Part shown: piece by piece, positions 9,250 through 18,499 of the stretch | How the letters are laid out: every line of letters starts with the position of its first letter | How positions within the stretch are numbered: the first letter of the stretch is position 1 | Source of the DNA: a virus | Taxonomy: Duplodnaviria; Caudoviricetes | Length of the DNA: 38,572 nucleotides | IMG/VR virus record: IMGVR_UViG_3300048861_000259 | Coordinates: 1 to 38,572 of that record | Strand: one strand, 5' to 3' | Made by a program: the position numbers and the translations under genes | The notes under the pieces: generated by a model | What the model was told of the DNA's origin: nothing | Databases searched by the model: none | The model's input: the letters and a program-made list of their open reading frames with translations, nothing else

Positions 9250-9851
9250 CAAATCACCTCGATGGCATTGAGGGTGGTGAATTCGGGGATGCGGTCGGGA
9301 TCGAGTTGGAAGCCGCTGCCGTCCCTCTGATCGAGGCGGAAGACGCCGCGCGGATAGGCGGTCACGACGGTGGTGCCGGTCCCGTAGCTGGCGCGCAGCG
9401 GCGGGTTGAACTCGACGGTCGCCTTGCCGGTGCTGTCTGCCGCCAATGGCGTGGCAGCGATGCGCAGTAGCTGCTTGTCGATCGAGATATATTGCCCGAC
9501 GCGAAGCTTGGTCGGCGCGTTTGCCGCCCAACCGCTGATCGAGGCGACGTTGCTGGTCGCGTAGGTGTCCGACGCCAGCGAAAGCTCAACGCCTACATCG
9601 TAGACGGAGAAAACCGGCGTGTAGTAGAACGATCCGTAAGCGCCCTGTAGCGAGTCCAACCACGCAGCGAGCGGCTCCGCCTTGTCGAGCCCCATGCGCG
9701 CCCAATTGATCGAGAGCGTCCACGAGGCGTAGAACTGAATGATCGTCTGCCGACCCGAATAGGGTGACGCCTGATTGGACTGCTTGTTGACGATGCGCAG
9801 AGTCTCACTCATTGGCGCAATCGGGATTTGCTGAAGGGGGTAGATCGCCAT
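9249..9851 (-). CDS. distal tail protein
   Basis: SPYSG..Q, WLDSLQG and F.PPLR motifs; follows the tape measure gene. Confidence 0.65.
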   Translation of the reverse strand: MAIYPLQQIPIAPMSETLRIVNKQSNQASPYSGRQTIIQFYASWTLSINWARMGLDKAEPLAAWLDSLQGAYGSFYYTPVFSVYDVGVELSLASDTYATSNVASISGWAANAPTKLRVGQYISIDKQLLRIAATPLAADSTGKATVEFNPPLRASYGTGTTVVTAYPRGVFRLDQRDGSGFQLDPDRIPEFTTLNAIEVI

Positions 9852-9876
9852 CCAATATTTAGTTGGACGGCGATTT

Positions 9877-12327
9877 TTACCTCATGGTCGGCCGGTTCAG
9901 CCGTTTGACGGTGTTATCGCTCGACATGCGCAGCGTGGCGGGCAGAGCTTGGAAGATCGTCTGTGCAGCAAGCTGGCGCACGAGCGCGGGATCGTTGACG
10001 CCGTTCACCGTCGAGTTGATCGTGGTCCCGTTGCCGCCGCCGCCGCCGAGCGCATTGAGCGCGCGAGTGGGCGTCACGTTTGCGGGTGCGCCGATCGACA
10101 CGACTTCAGGACCGCGCTCGCCGACCATGTAGTTGCCGGGAGCCGTCGCACCGCCGTTCGCACGGAAACCCGCGAGGCTTCCCGAAAGGTCGATGCTGGA
10201 GACCGGAAGCTGGTCGGGAATGGCCGACGCGATGTTGAGCGCCGGGGACGCCAGCGTGCTCGGATCGAAGTCTCCGCCGAAGAGCCCGCCGATCCCCTTG
10301 GCGATCGATCCCAAGAGACCGCCGCCGCCGCCAGAGCCGCCCGTGAGCAGGTTCGCGAGCGGCTTCACGATCTCCTCCTCGATCACGATCTTCTCAAGGT
10401 CAGTGACGATCGACATGGCGAGGCTGGAGAAAGCCGACTTGAGGGTGCCGGTGCCGTTGATCGCGGCAGCGATCCCATCGGTGAGCGATCCAAGGCCCTG
10501 CACCGCAGCCGTCTGCAATGACTCGCCGATGTCATCGACGGTCTTGGGCATGGCGTTCAGATAGGCGGCGATCGGCCCTGCATTGTCCTGCGCGTTCTTC
10601 GCCTTGGCCTGCGCGGCAAGCTGCGGCAGCAATGCGAGACGCGCTGCCGCGATCTTCTTCTCCGCATCGGTGCTATCCTTGGATGCGAGAACCGCCTGAA
10701 GCTGCGCGGCGACTTGCTGGTTTTGAAGATCGATAAGCTGGTCGTTGAGCGCCTTCTTCTCATCGGACGTGCGGGCAAGGTCGAGCGAGCCCTTTACGAT
10801 GTCCTCTTGGTTCTGGAGGTCCGAAGTCTTGAGGGCGAGCGCCTGCGCCGACATCGCCGCATCTTCCTGACGGTTGATCAGCGCGTCTTTTTCGGTCTTG
10901 GTATCGGCCTGAATCTGGAGAAGCTGATCACGGCGAGCCTTCGCGATGTCGCTATTTACGGCACCGTATTTTCCCGCTGCGTAGCTATCATTGATCGCCG
11001 CCGTCTTCGACTTGTCGTCATCGTCATTCTGGAAGTGCTCATACATCGCCTTTTCTTGAGGGTCGGTGGTGAGCCGTTCTTTCAGCGAGTAGAGACCGTC
11101 CTGCGCGCTTTGCAGCGTCTTTTCGAACGACGCCGCAATCTCGTCGGTGCGATCCCTTGGCTGGCGATGCTGGTGCGTCTTGAGATCGGGCAGGACCGGC
11201 GACTTCGGCGGCTTGGCCGTGATCTGGTTATGAGCCGCAAGTGCTCGGTTCATGAACCCGATCTGCTTGACGAACTCCGCCTGCGCGGACTCGACAGACT
11301 GCGGCGCTACGGGTGCAGGACCGTAGGGCGTCGAGATCATCTGTCCGCCGTTGGTGCCCGCCCGCGCGGAATCGAAGTCGCGTTGCGCCTGCTGTAGCTG
11401 CTGCTTGCGGAACTGGAGATCGTTGTTGTTGTCATCCATGTTCTGGTGAAGCGCTGCACCACCAGCGACACCCGCGAGGCCACCGATCGCAGCGCCGGGG
11501 AGACCGCCCACGGCACCACCAGCGAGAGCGCCCATGATGCCAAGCGCTACTTCGGGATGTGCAGAGATGAAGCCCGCTACCGCAGCGGTGAGCTTGATCA
11601 TGCCATCCGCAAGCGAGACGATCGCGTTGGCATTCTGGTCGATCACGTTCGCCCACTCGGCGGAAATGACCATCTTGAGGGCGGTGAGCTTGTGTTCGGC
11701 GTCCGCCGCGCCGTCGATCACGCTGCCGTCGAGCACGATGCCGAGCGACTGCGCGGCTTCGGTGTATTCGTTGAGGCCCTTCTTGCCCTCACTCAAAAAC
11801 TCGGTGAGGCCCTGCGCATTGCGGCCGAACACGGCGGTGACATCGGCCGCTCGCTGCGCGACGGTCGGCACCTTTTCGAGGCCATCGGCAAACTGCCCAA
11901 GCGCCACGTTGGCGTCGGTGGACGTGACATCGAGCGACTTGAAGACAGCGAGCGCCTTCTGGTTGCCATTCGCGGCAGAGCCGAGCGACTTCGTGAAGCG
12001 CTCAAGCGCAGCATTCGAAACATCGGTAGCAACGCCCGACTGCGACGCTGCATAGTTGAACCCTTGGATCGCGGTGGTGGTAAGACCGGTCTGTTCGGCG
12101 ACTTTTTTGATGCTCTCTGCGTATTCGAGCGCCGAGTTGACCTTCTCGATAATGAAATCGACCGCGAATGCCTCCGCCAACCCGACCACCGCCTCTTTGG
12201 CGATGTCGAGCGACTCTTTGATGCTTTCCGCAGACTCCTTCGTGGCCTCTTGGGCCTTTTTCATGCCTGCGAGAAACGAAGAGGATTCGAGTAGGAGATC
12301 AATCTCCAGAGAGCCTATATTTGACAT
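9877..12327 (-). CDS. tail tape measure protein
   Basis: 816 aa Ala-rich helical protein; N-terminal IGSL.IDL; C-terminal RANGG...VGERGPE. Confidence 0.9.
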   Translation of the reverse strand: MSNIGSLEIDLLLESSSFLAGMKKAQEATKESAESIKESLDIAKEAVVGLAEAFAVDFIIEKVNSALEYAESIKKVAEQTGLTTTAIQGFNYAASQSGVATDVSNAALERFTKSLGSAANGNQKALAVFKSLDVTSTDANVALGQFADGLEKVPTVAQRAADVTAVFGRNAQGLTEFLSEGKKGLNEYTEAAQSLGIVLDGSVIDGAADAEHKLTALKMVISAEWANVIDQNANAIVSLADGMIKLTAAVAGFISAHPEVALGIMGALAGGAVGGLPGAAIGGLAGVAGGAALHQNMDDNNNDLQFRKQQLQQAQRDFDSARAGTNGGQMISTPYGPAPVAPQSVESAQAEFVKQIGFMNRALAAHNQITAKPPKSPVLPDLKTHQHRQPRDRTDEIAASFEKTLQSAQDGLYSLKERLTTDPQEKAMYEHFQNDDDDKSKTAAINDSYAAGKYGAVNSDIAKARRDQLLQIQADTKTEKDALINRQEDAAMSAQALALKTSDLQNQEDIVKGSLDLARTSDEKKALNDQLIDLQNQQVAAQLQAVLASKDSTDAEKKIAAARLALLPQLAAQAKAKNAQDNAGPIAAYLNAMPKTVDDIGESLQTAAVQGLGSLTDGIAAAINGTGTLKSAFSSLAMSIVTDLEKIVIEEEIVKPLANLLTGGSGGGGGLLGSIAKGIGGLFGGDFDPSTLASPALNIASAIPDQLPVSSIDLSGSLAGFRANGGATAPGNYMVGERGPEVVSIGAPANVTPTRALNALGGGGGNGTTINSTVNGVNDPALVRQLAAQTIFQALPATLRMSSDNTVKRLNRPTMR

Positions 12328-12338
12328 TGCGACAGTAT

Positions 12339-12700
12339 TTATCTGCCGTTTGCTATCCTCTGCTCGAAGTAAGCCTCGATCTTCGCGTCGAGGATCGACG
12401 CGCGATTGACATGAGCGAGCGAGAGCGCCTCAAGGCGTGCAGTCTCTTCGGGATCGCGATCGAAGAACAGGATCGTCTTGTCGATCGGCTTCGCGGCATT
12501 CATGCGAACCGTGAGATCGCAGAGCGTTTGCCAGCGATGATCTTCGGCCGGTGCGCCCCACGGTTCAAGATCGTGGTATGCTGCCCATTCCATAAGTTCG
12601 TCGGGGGTGATCGCCTGCTCAAGCTCGCCGACCGTGCGGCCGAGAGCGAGAGCGAGGCGAAACAGGAACCGCCGCTCGTGGTTCAGCCTGAACTTTTTTT
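12339..12700 (-). CDS. tail assembly chaperone, T part (reached by -1 frameshift)
   Basis: The -1 frame reads KFRLNHERRFLFRLALALGRTVGELEQAITPDELMEWAAY, typical of gpT-like proteins. Confidence 0.75.
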
Positions 12701-13093
12701 TACTTCAGACACCGACTTCGGCGAGTTGAGTTCGATGAAGACGCCATAGAGACGCTGGATCGTCGGGTAGTTTAGCTCTTTGAACGCTTCGTAGTCGGCC
12801 ATCGAGAAGAGGAGCTTGTCCGTCTTCGGATCGACGATCGAATAGATAAGCTGAAAGATCGCTTGATCGAGGTGCGTCACCTTCTCGACGCCCTTGCGCT
12901 CGTCTTCGGGCAGAGCCTGATCTTCCTTGTAGGCGTCCACTTCGCGCTCGTGCGCAACCCATGCGTCAAGCATCTCGACACGATGTTTGACGCTCAATGC
13001 GCGGATGCAGACATCGCCGCCCCACTCGGCGACTTCAACGTCGCGAGTGGGGAGCTTGGCCGCGAGAATCTGCTTACGGTTGAGATAAGCCAT
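12683..13093 (-). CDS. tail assembly chaperone G
   Basis: V.V.EWGG.V.IRALS motif; between tail tube and tape measure genes. Confidence 0.8.
   Translation of the reverse strand: MAYLNRKQILAAKLPTRDVEVAEWGGDVCIRALSVKHRVEMLDAWVAHEREVDAYKEDQALPEDERKGVEKVTHLDQAIFQLIYSIVDPKTDKLLFSMADYEAFKELNYPTIQRLYGVFIELNSPKSVSEVKKSSG
12693..12702 (-). other. programmed -1 ribosomal frameshift slippery site
   Basis: GTA AAA AAA AGT near the end of chaperone G; the -1 frame is open into the T part. Confidence 0.75.
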
Positions 13094-13095
13094 GA

Positions 13096-13518
13096 TTACG
13101 CAGCCGGGGTCTTGGTGACCGCGCCAGTGATTTCGACGGAAGCCGAGATGGTCACGAGCTTATCGACCGAGACCGACTTCTCGAAGGTCTGCACGTAGCC
13201 ATCGAAGGCATACTTGGTGCCGCTGGTGAGCGTGATGATGAAGTGCGCGAGCGAGCGGCCCGAGCGGGCGGTCTCCATCGCAACCTGTCCAGCATCGGCC
13301 TCGATGTAGTTGAGGCTGATCTTGGCGGTGCCCTCATCGGGAAGGCCGATCTGCTTCTGCTTGGCAGCGGACGAAAGGTCGGAAGCGTCGATGATGGTCG
13401 CGGTGCCCGAACCGAGGCCCGAAAAATCGGTGAAGCCGTTGACGGGGGTGGCCGAACCCGAGCCAACCGTGATGGTGAGAGTGGTGCCCTGCGATGCAAG
13501 CGTGGTATTGGCGGTCAT
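13096..13518 (-). CDS. major tail tube protein
   Basis: SQGT...GLPDEG...F.GYV..F...ITGAV; strong AGGAGA SD. Confidence 0.85.
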   Translation of the reverse strand: MTANTTLASQGTTLTITVGSGSATPVNGFTDFSGLGSGTATIIDASDLSSAAKQKQIGLPDEGTAKISLNYIEADAGQVAMETARSGRSLAHFIITLTSGTKYAFDGYVQTFEKSVSVDKLVTISASVEITGAVTKTPAA

Positions 13519-13582
13519 GATATCTCCTGCTGGAATAAGTCGGCGCTATTCCAGCGCCATTCTTTATTTATCAGCGGAGCGA

Positions 13583-13945
13583 CTATTGGATATTTACGAA
13601 CACTTCGAATGACAACATGGCGCGATATAGCATCGTCTCGGTTGTCTCGTCGATCATGTCTTGTTCATTGGTCCACGAGACTGCTTGCACTTCGACATCC
13701 ACCCACATTTCGAGGTTCTTGCGGATCATGTCGGCAAGCGCCTTCGCGCCGAGATAGGTGACATCGTAGACATCGACTTGCAGCCATACCTTGGCAGCGT
13801 CGGTGCCTATCTTAAGGTCGGCGACGGGCTTGGTATCGCTGCGGTTGTAGACCACGCACGGCGTTGCGTAGTTCTTCGGTGCGACCAACGGATAGAGGGC
13901 GGTGGTGATCGGCGCGAGACGCGCGACAAGAGAGGTTTCCAGCAT
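13583..13945 (-). CDS. tail terminator/completion protein (DUF3168-like)
   Basis: YP..AP...P.VVY and LQVDVY motifs. Confidence 0.75.
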   Translation of the reverse strand: MLETSLVARLAPITTALYPLVAPKNYATPCVVYNRSDTKPVADLKIGTDAAKVWLQVDVYDVTYLGAKALADMIRKNLEMWVDVEVQAVSWTNEQDMIDETTETMLYRAMLSFEVFVNIQ

Positions 13946-13952
13946 CTAATAT

Positions 13953-14390
13953 TTAGACGCCGCGCTTGGTCAACTGCTTGCCGAGCGTCGCACCTACCTT
14001 GTCGATGACTTCCTGCCCGACATCGTTGAGCGCGTTGAGAAAGAACGGGTTCGGCTGATTGTGGATCGAACCAAACTCCACCCACGAGGCGTGGAACGCC
14101 TTCCCGTTGTGAACGGCTACGCTCACTTGGTGCTCGTTGGGCGACTTCACCTTCGTGACGGTGATCTGCTCCGCGATCTTGTGGTGGGTGATCGTTCGAT
14201 CGCCGTGCTTTTCCTTCGCGCCTTCCGGCGTCGGACCAACCGGGGCCTTCGCCTTAACCGCATCGCGCAGCACGACGCCACCCGCGCGAATGGCGCTCTG
14301 CCCCGCACTGGTCGCCTGCTTGCCCGCGAGATCGGCAAGGCGGGCGTTTAGCTCGCTGAAGCCCTTTAGGTTGTAGCTGAAATCGCCCAT
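13953..14390 (-). CDS. HK97 gp10-like tail component
   Basis: L.GF.EL..L and VEFGS....PF motifs. Confidence 0.8.
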   Translation of the reverse strand: MGDFSYNLKGFSELNARLADLAGKQATSAGQSAIRAGGVVLRDAVKAKAPVGPTPEGAKEKHGDRTITHHKIAEQITVTKVKSPNEHQVSVAVHNGKAFHASWVEFGSIHNQPNPFFLNALNDVGQEVIDKVGATLGKQLTKRGV

Positions 14391-14707
14391 CACACGCCTT
14401 GCAGGGTGAGCACGAGCGTGGCCCGGCGATCTGGTTCATCGACGCCGACGACCGAGTAGGTGATCCCGTCGATGGTCGCGCGCATCGCGGTGGTGACCCC
14501 TGCCCGCCAGCGGATGAGATACTTCGCATCGGGCACGGTCTCCACGCCAGCCGATGAGCGAATGTCGGTGCTGCGTAGATTGAGGCGCTGCGCCGGGACC
14601 GTCGCCGAGACGATCCACGCATCGATCGGCTGGCCTGCGGCATCCCGCGTCGTGGTCTTGGTCAGTAGCTCGACCCTGCGATCGAGCTTGCCCGCGTCGA
14701 TGATCAC
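14390..14707 (-). CDS. head-closure (head-tail joining) protein
   Basis: AGKLDRRV...D..G....W and IRWR.GV...MR motifs. Confidence 0.8.
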   Translation of the reverse strand: MIIDAGKLDRRVELLTKTTTRDAAGQPIDAWIVSATVPAQRLNLRSTDIRSSAGVETVPDAKYLIRWRAGVTTAMRATIDGITYSVVGVDEPDRRATLVLTLQGV

Positions 14708-15246
14708 CCGATCACCACCCGGCGATAGCGCGACACAAGGTTGGTCACCGTTGTGGCGGTAGCGGGATCGAGCGCCGAGCGGCTGTCATACGATGCCGCG
14801 ACGAGGATCGCGGCTGCATGTTGGATCGAGGCGGGCACGGCGGCTGCATTGGTGTAACCGGCATTCGCGAGCACGCTGATCGAGACCGCGCCAGTCGGCA
14901 CGTTGAGCAACATGATCGAGGGCGCGGCCGATGCTGCCTGCGTGAGGTAGTCGGTGCCTGCGGTGAGCGCGATTGCCGTGCCATCGGCAAGCTTGGCCGA
15001 CACGCTGGTGACGCTGTTGAGCGGCGCGATGTTGAGCGGGAGCGACGGGGCAAGCTCGTCATAGTCGATTTGGTAGTTGGCAGCGGCGAGCACCCGGCCG
15101 GTGATGCACTCGATGTAATCGGTCGCGGACGCGACCAAGAGATCGGTGGTGGCGGTGTCGGTGCTGCTATCGATCCGCAGCCATTCGGCGAGCGTGTCGG
15201 AATCAACGATGACGAATGACGGCGATGTGAGGCGAGTGATCAGCAT
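14704..15246 (-). CDS. head-tail connector (gp6-like)
   Basis: Start MLITRL at 15246; LRID...D, AGY....VP.SI.HA motifs. Confidence 0.8.
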   Translation of the reverse strand: MLITRLTSPSFVIVDSDTLAEWLRIDSSTDTATTDLLVASATDYIECITGRVLAAANYQIDYDELAPSLPLNIAPLNSVTSVSAKLADGTAIALTAGTDYLTQAASAAPSIMLLNVPTGAVSISVLANAGYTNAAAVPASIQHAAAILVAASYDSRSALDPATATTVTNLVSRYRRVVIG

Positions 15247-15265
15247 ATGAATATTTATCGAAGAC

Positions 15266-15300
15266 AAGAAAAAGCCCCGCCTCTTTCGAGACAGGGCCTT
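15266..15300 (-). terminator. intrinsic terminator after the capsid gene
   Basis: GCCCTGTCTC-GAAA-GAGGCGGGGC followed by TTTTTT on the minus strand. Confidence 0.75.
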
Positions 15301-15320
15301 TCCTTGGTATCGAAGGATTC

Positions 15321-16445
15321 TTACGAAGCCTTGATCTTGAGCGCCTTGAACGCCTGCGTGTCCACGACAGCACCGCCGACGCGCATGCGCCACTGGTAGG
15401 TGACGAAGCCGGGGGTGAGATACGGGTTCACGAGCAGGGTTGCACCAACGCGGTCGCAGATGGTGTAGCCCGCTGCGAAGTCACCGAACAGGACCGACAG
15501 GTTGCCCGCGCCGATCTCCGGCATGTCTTCCATCTCGACGATCGGGTAGCCGAGCAGAGTGTCGGGCGTGCCAGCGACGAGCGAGGTGACGAGCAGATAC
15601 TGGCCGTAGCTGTCCTTGAGCGAACGGATCGCGGTCTTGGTCGCCTTGGTCATGAGCCACTTCGCGTTAGCGCGGAAACCTGCCTTGAGCGCGCCGGTCA
15701 TGGCGATAAGATCGTCTGCGTTCATGCCGCCGACCACCGAGGAGGTGAGCGACTGTGCAGTGCCGAATGCGCGGGTCTTGTCGGCGGTCGCAGCGAACGG
15801 AGCGGCGAGAATGCCGATCGGCTGCTTTACGCCAGTGCCGTTGAGGAAGGCTGCGCCTTCTGCGCGGGCGAACTCGGTTGCAGCCTCACCAGCGACGTAG
15901 CCGTTGATGTCAAACTGGCTGTCTTCGACAAGCTGGTTGGACACGACGGGCAGAGCGTAAAGCTCGCCGAAGTTGGGGACGATCTCGACGATCGAAGAGG
16001 TGTTGGTCGCGCCGCGAACGTCGGACTCACCAACCCAACCGGACGTGGTGCCGCCCTTCGAGTAGGGGATGTGGAAGTCGGGGGTCGCAACCGACAGCAC
16101 GCGAGCGACGGAGCGCATCGGCGAGATGTCGACAAGCTGCTTCTGGATGACGTTGTAGATCGACTTCGGGACGGTAACGCCGCCATCGGTCGCCGAACCG
16201 GCAGTCATGGTCTTAAATTCGGCCATGATCGCCTTGTCGCCGGAGCGCAGGTAGTTGGTGAAAGCAGTCTTGTGCTCCGCATCCTTCGCATCGGCGGCGG
16301 AAACGGTCGGACGGCCTGCGGCCTTCTCGATCGCGTCGAGTGCCGACTTGTGCTCTGCGCGCATCTCATCGATGCGGGCATTAACATTGTTCTTGATTTC
16401 GACTTCGAGGCTGTTGATTGCCTCCGTAACGGACTTATTGGCCAT
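15321..16445 (-). CDS. major capsid protein, HK97 fold
   Basis: GG.TVP, WVGE, AFLNGTG..QP.GI, LLGYPI and FGDF motifs; AAGGAG SD before MANKS. Confidence 0.95.
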   Translation of the reverse strand: MANKSVTEAINSLEVEIKNNVNARIDEMRAEHKSALDAIEKAAGRPTVSAADAKDAEHKTAFTNYLRSGDKAIMAEFKTMTAGSATDGGVTVPKSIYNVIQKQLVDISPMRSVARVLSVATPDFHIPYSKGGTTSGWVGESDVRGATNTSSIVEIVPNFGELYALPVVSNQLVEDSQFDINGYVAGEAATEFARAEGAAFLNGTGVKQPIGILAAPFAATADKTRAFGTAQSLTSSVVGGMNADDLIAMTGALKAGFRANAKWLMTKATKTAIRSLKDSYGQYLLVTSLVAGTPDTLLGYPIVEMEDMPEIGAGNLSVLFGDFAAGYTICDRVGATLLVNPYLTPGFVTYQWRMRVGGAVVDTQAFKALKIKAS

Positions 16446-17196
16446 GATTCTCCTTGGCAAGTTTTGCAGTTAGGTTGTTCACGGCCTCAATGAACGCCGT
16501 GTGATATTTAGCTTCCGACTTATCTTCGTCGTCGCATTCGCAATCGTCGTCCTCATCGGGATCACAATCGCAGTCTTCGTCATCGTCGATCGACTTGACT
16601 TCGGTGTCAGCCGGGGCCGACTTGACCATCATCTCTTCGATCACGACCTTGAGCTTGGCGTCGCGCTCGTCGAGCATCGCCTTGATTTCTTCAATGTTCA
16701 CTTCATTCTCCTGATTTTTGACGCTCTGGACGCGCGCAAGATCGTTCGCCGGGAAAGTGACGAGCGAGATTTCGAAAAGCTGGACTTCGGTGATGGTGCG
16801 GATCGACTTGCCGTTCACGACGCTCATCTCGAAGCCGGTGACGATGTAGCCGATCGAGAGACCGCTAACCGCGCCGGTCTTGGCGAGGATGTAGGAATCG
16901 TTGCCGCTGGTGGTGTCGAGAAACTGCCCCGAGACCTTGAGACCGTGGGCATCTTCCGCGATGTCGAGCCAAACGCCGATCGGCATCGCCATCGCGTCGT
17001 GGTTCCAGAGCATTGCGGGCATCTGCGCCGAGCCGTTGAAGTCGGCGAGCGTCTTGGTGAAAGCGCCGGAGGCGATTACGTCCCCGTAGCTGTCAATGTT
17101 GTTGAAGAATGCACCATAGCCGGTGAAGGTCTTCTCTTCACCGGATGTGTTGGCGAACTTGATCTCAAGTCGCGTGTCGAGTGTCTTGCGGTCCAT
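16435..17196 (-). CDS. HK97-family prohead protease
   Basis: FTGYGAFF...D, LWNHD, GLSIGY and EISLVTFPAN motifs. Confidence 0.93.
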   Translation of the reverse strand: MDRKTLDTRLEIKFANTSGEEKTFTGYGAFFNNIDSYGDVIASGAFTKTLADFNGSAQMPAMLWNHDAMAMPIGVWLDIAEDAHGLKVSGQFLDTTSGNDSYILAKTGAVSGLSIGYIVTGFEMSVVNGKSIRTITEVQLFEISLVTFPANDLARVQSVKNQENEVNIEEIKAMLDERDAKLKVVIEEMMVKSAPADTEVKSIDDDEDCDCDPDEDDDCECDDEDKSEAKYHTAFIEAVNNLTAKLAKENHGQ

Positions 17197-17211
17197 GCTT
17201 TATTTATTCGA

Positions 17212-18492
17212 TCACTGCTTTTTCGGCTGATCGTCGGCGGTCGTATCCGGCGACTTCGCGACAATCGGCGGCGGTGGCATGATATTGACGGCTTGCTTTA
17301 GCTTGTCGGCTTCGGGATCGTCGGACGGATCATAGCCTTCGCCCGTGCGAGCCTCATTTTGCGTGAAGATGCCAGCCGAGACGCCTGCGATCCAATACGC
17401 CATCCGCTCTGCGGCAGTCGTGCCGTTCAATACCGCGCGATGATCGAGCGAGACCGCGAAACCGGCTGCGCGTTCCTTCGGCGTGAAGAGTGCTGCGTTC
17501 GCGCTCTGCACGAAGCGCGCCTGCCACTGTTGATCAGTGTCAAACTGGTGGGCGATGTGCGCCTGCTCGACGCTGGCGTAGCTCTGCGAACCAAGGTTCT
17601 GGAAAACCTTGGTGGGCGAGACGCGGAAGTAGCGGCAGATTTCCTCGATCTGGAATCGGCGGCTTTCGATCCACTGCGCATCGTTCGCCGTGGTGCCCAT
17701 CGGGGTGTAACCGACCGGGCCGGTGAGGAAGAGCGTCTTGTGCGCGTTGCCGACGCCCTGTTGCTGCGCCGTCCACTGTTCCTTGATCGACTGCGCCTGT
17801 TCCGGTGTGAGCGCCGTGCCATCCTTGGGAGCGACGATGCCACCGGGCTTCGCGCCGTTCTTGAACAGGTTCGCGCCATAGGACTCGTTGGCGTTCGCGA
17901 GGCCGATCGCCGAGCGCGCCTCACCGACCGTGTTGTTGCCCTGATAGGTGAACCATGACGGACCCTTGAGGTGCCAGATGTTGGCGGCGGGCACGGGCTG
18001 GCCGAAAAGAAAATACTGGAGCGGGTTGAACAACTGCGCGTCGTTCACCGACACGCTCACCATGCCGGGATCGCACGGCAGCAATTCGAGAATCTCACCA
18101 GTGCGCGGCGAGCGGACGATGTAGACGTAGGCGTTGCCATACATGGCAAGATGAAAGCCGATGAACTCGCGGAAGCCGTAGGCGGTCTGGCGATCGTTCG
18201 GTGCAGCGTTGAGCAGCGGGAAGAGCGGATGGTTCACCGCGAGCTTGCGACCGTTGCCGACTGTCTGGCGCACGTAGCATTCGGGCAGTGCCAGCCCTTC
18301 GGCGATCACGCGGGCGCAGGCGTAGACCACCGAGTTGCAGAAGTTGTCTTCGCTGCCGAAACCGCCGAAATCGGACTCGACGAGCGCGGAAATCTGTTGC
18401 GGCGTGCGATTGGCGGGCGCGTTGACGTAGCCTTTGGCCTCATACGCCTGCGGAACGTCGAAAAACGACGCGATAGATGAAATGAATCCCAT
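17212..18492 (-). CDS. HK97-family portal protein
   Basis: VYAC...IAE, L...PN..QT, GNAY, F.NGA.PGG, DAQ.IE.R and NEAR motifs. Confidence 0.93.
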   Translation of the reverse strand: MGFISSIASFFDVPQAYEAKGYVNAPANRTPQQISALVESDFGGFGSEDNFCNSVVYACARVIAEGLALPECYVRQTVGNGRKLAVNHPLFPLLNAAPNDRQTAYGFREFIGFHLAMYGNAYVYIVRSPRTGEILELLPCDPGMVSVSVNDAQLFNPLQYFLFGQPVPAANIWHLKGPSWFTYQGNNTVGEARSAIGLANANESYGANLFKNGAKPGGIVAPKDGTALTPEQAQSIKEQWTAQQQGVGNAHKTLFLTGPVGYTPMGTTANDAQWIESRRFQIEEICRYFRVSPTKVFQNLGSQSYASVEQAHIAHQFDTDQQWQARFVQSANAALFTPKERAAGFAVSLDHRAVLNGTTAAERMAYWIAGVSAGIFTQNEARTGEGYDPSDDPEADKLKQAVNIMPPPPIVAKSPDTTADDQPKKQ

Positions 18493-18499
18493 CCATTAT

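Noticed and set aside
10953-10958. Intragenic TAAATA copies (10953; also 2527, 2884, 13591)
   Set aside because: No ATG at the characteristic spacing; could be chance or promoters for leadered transcripts, so not counted as support
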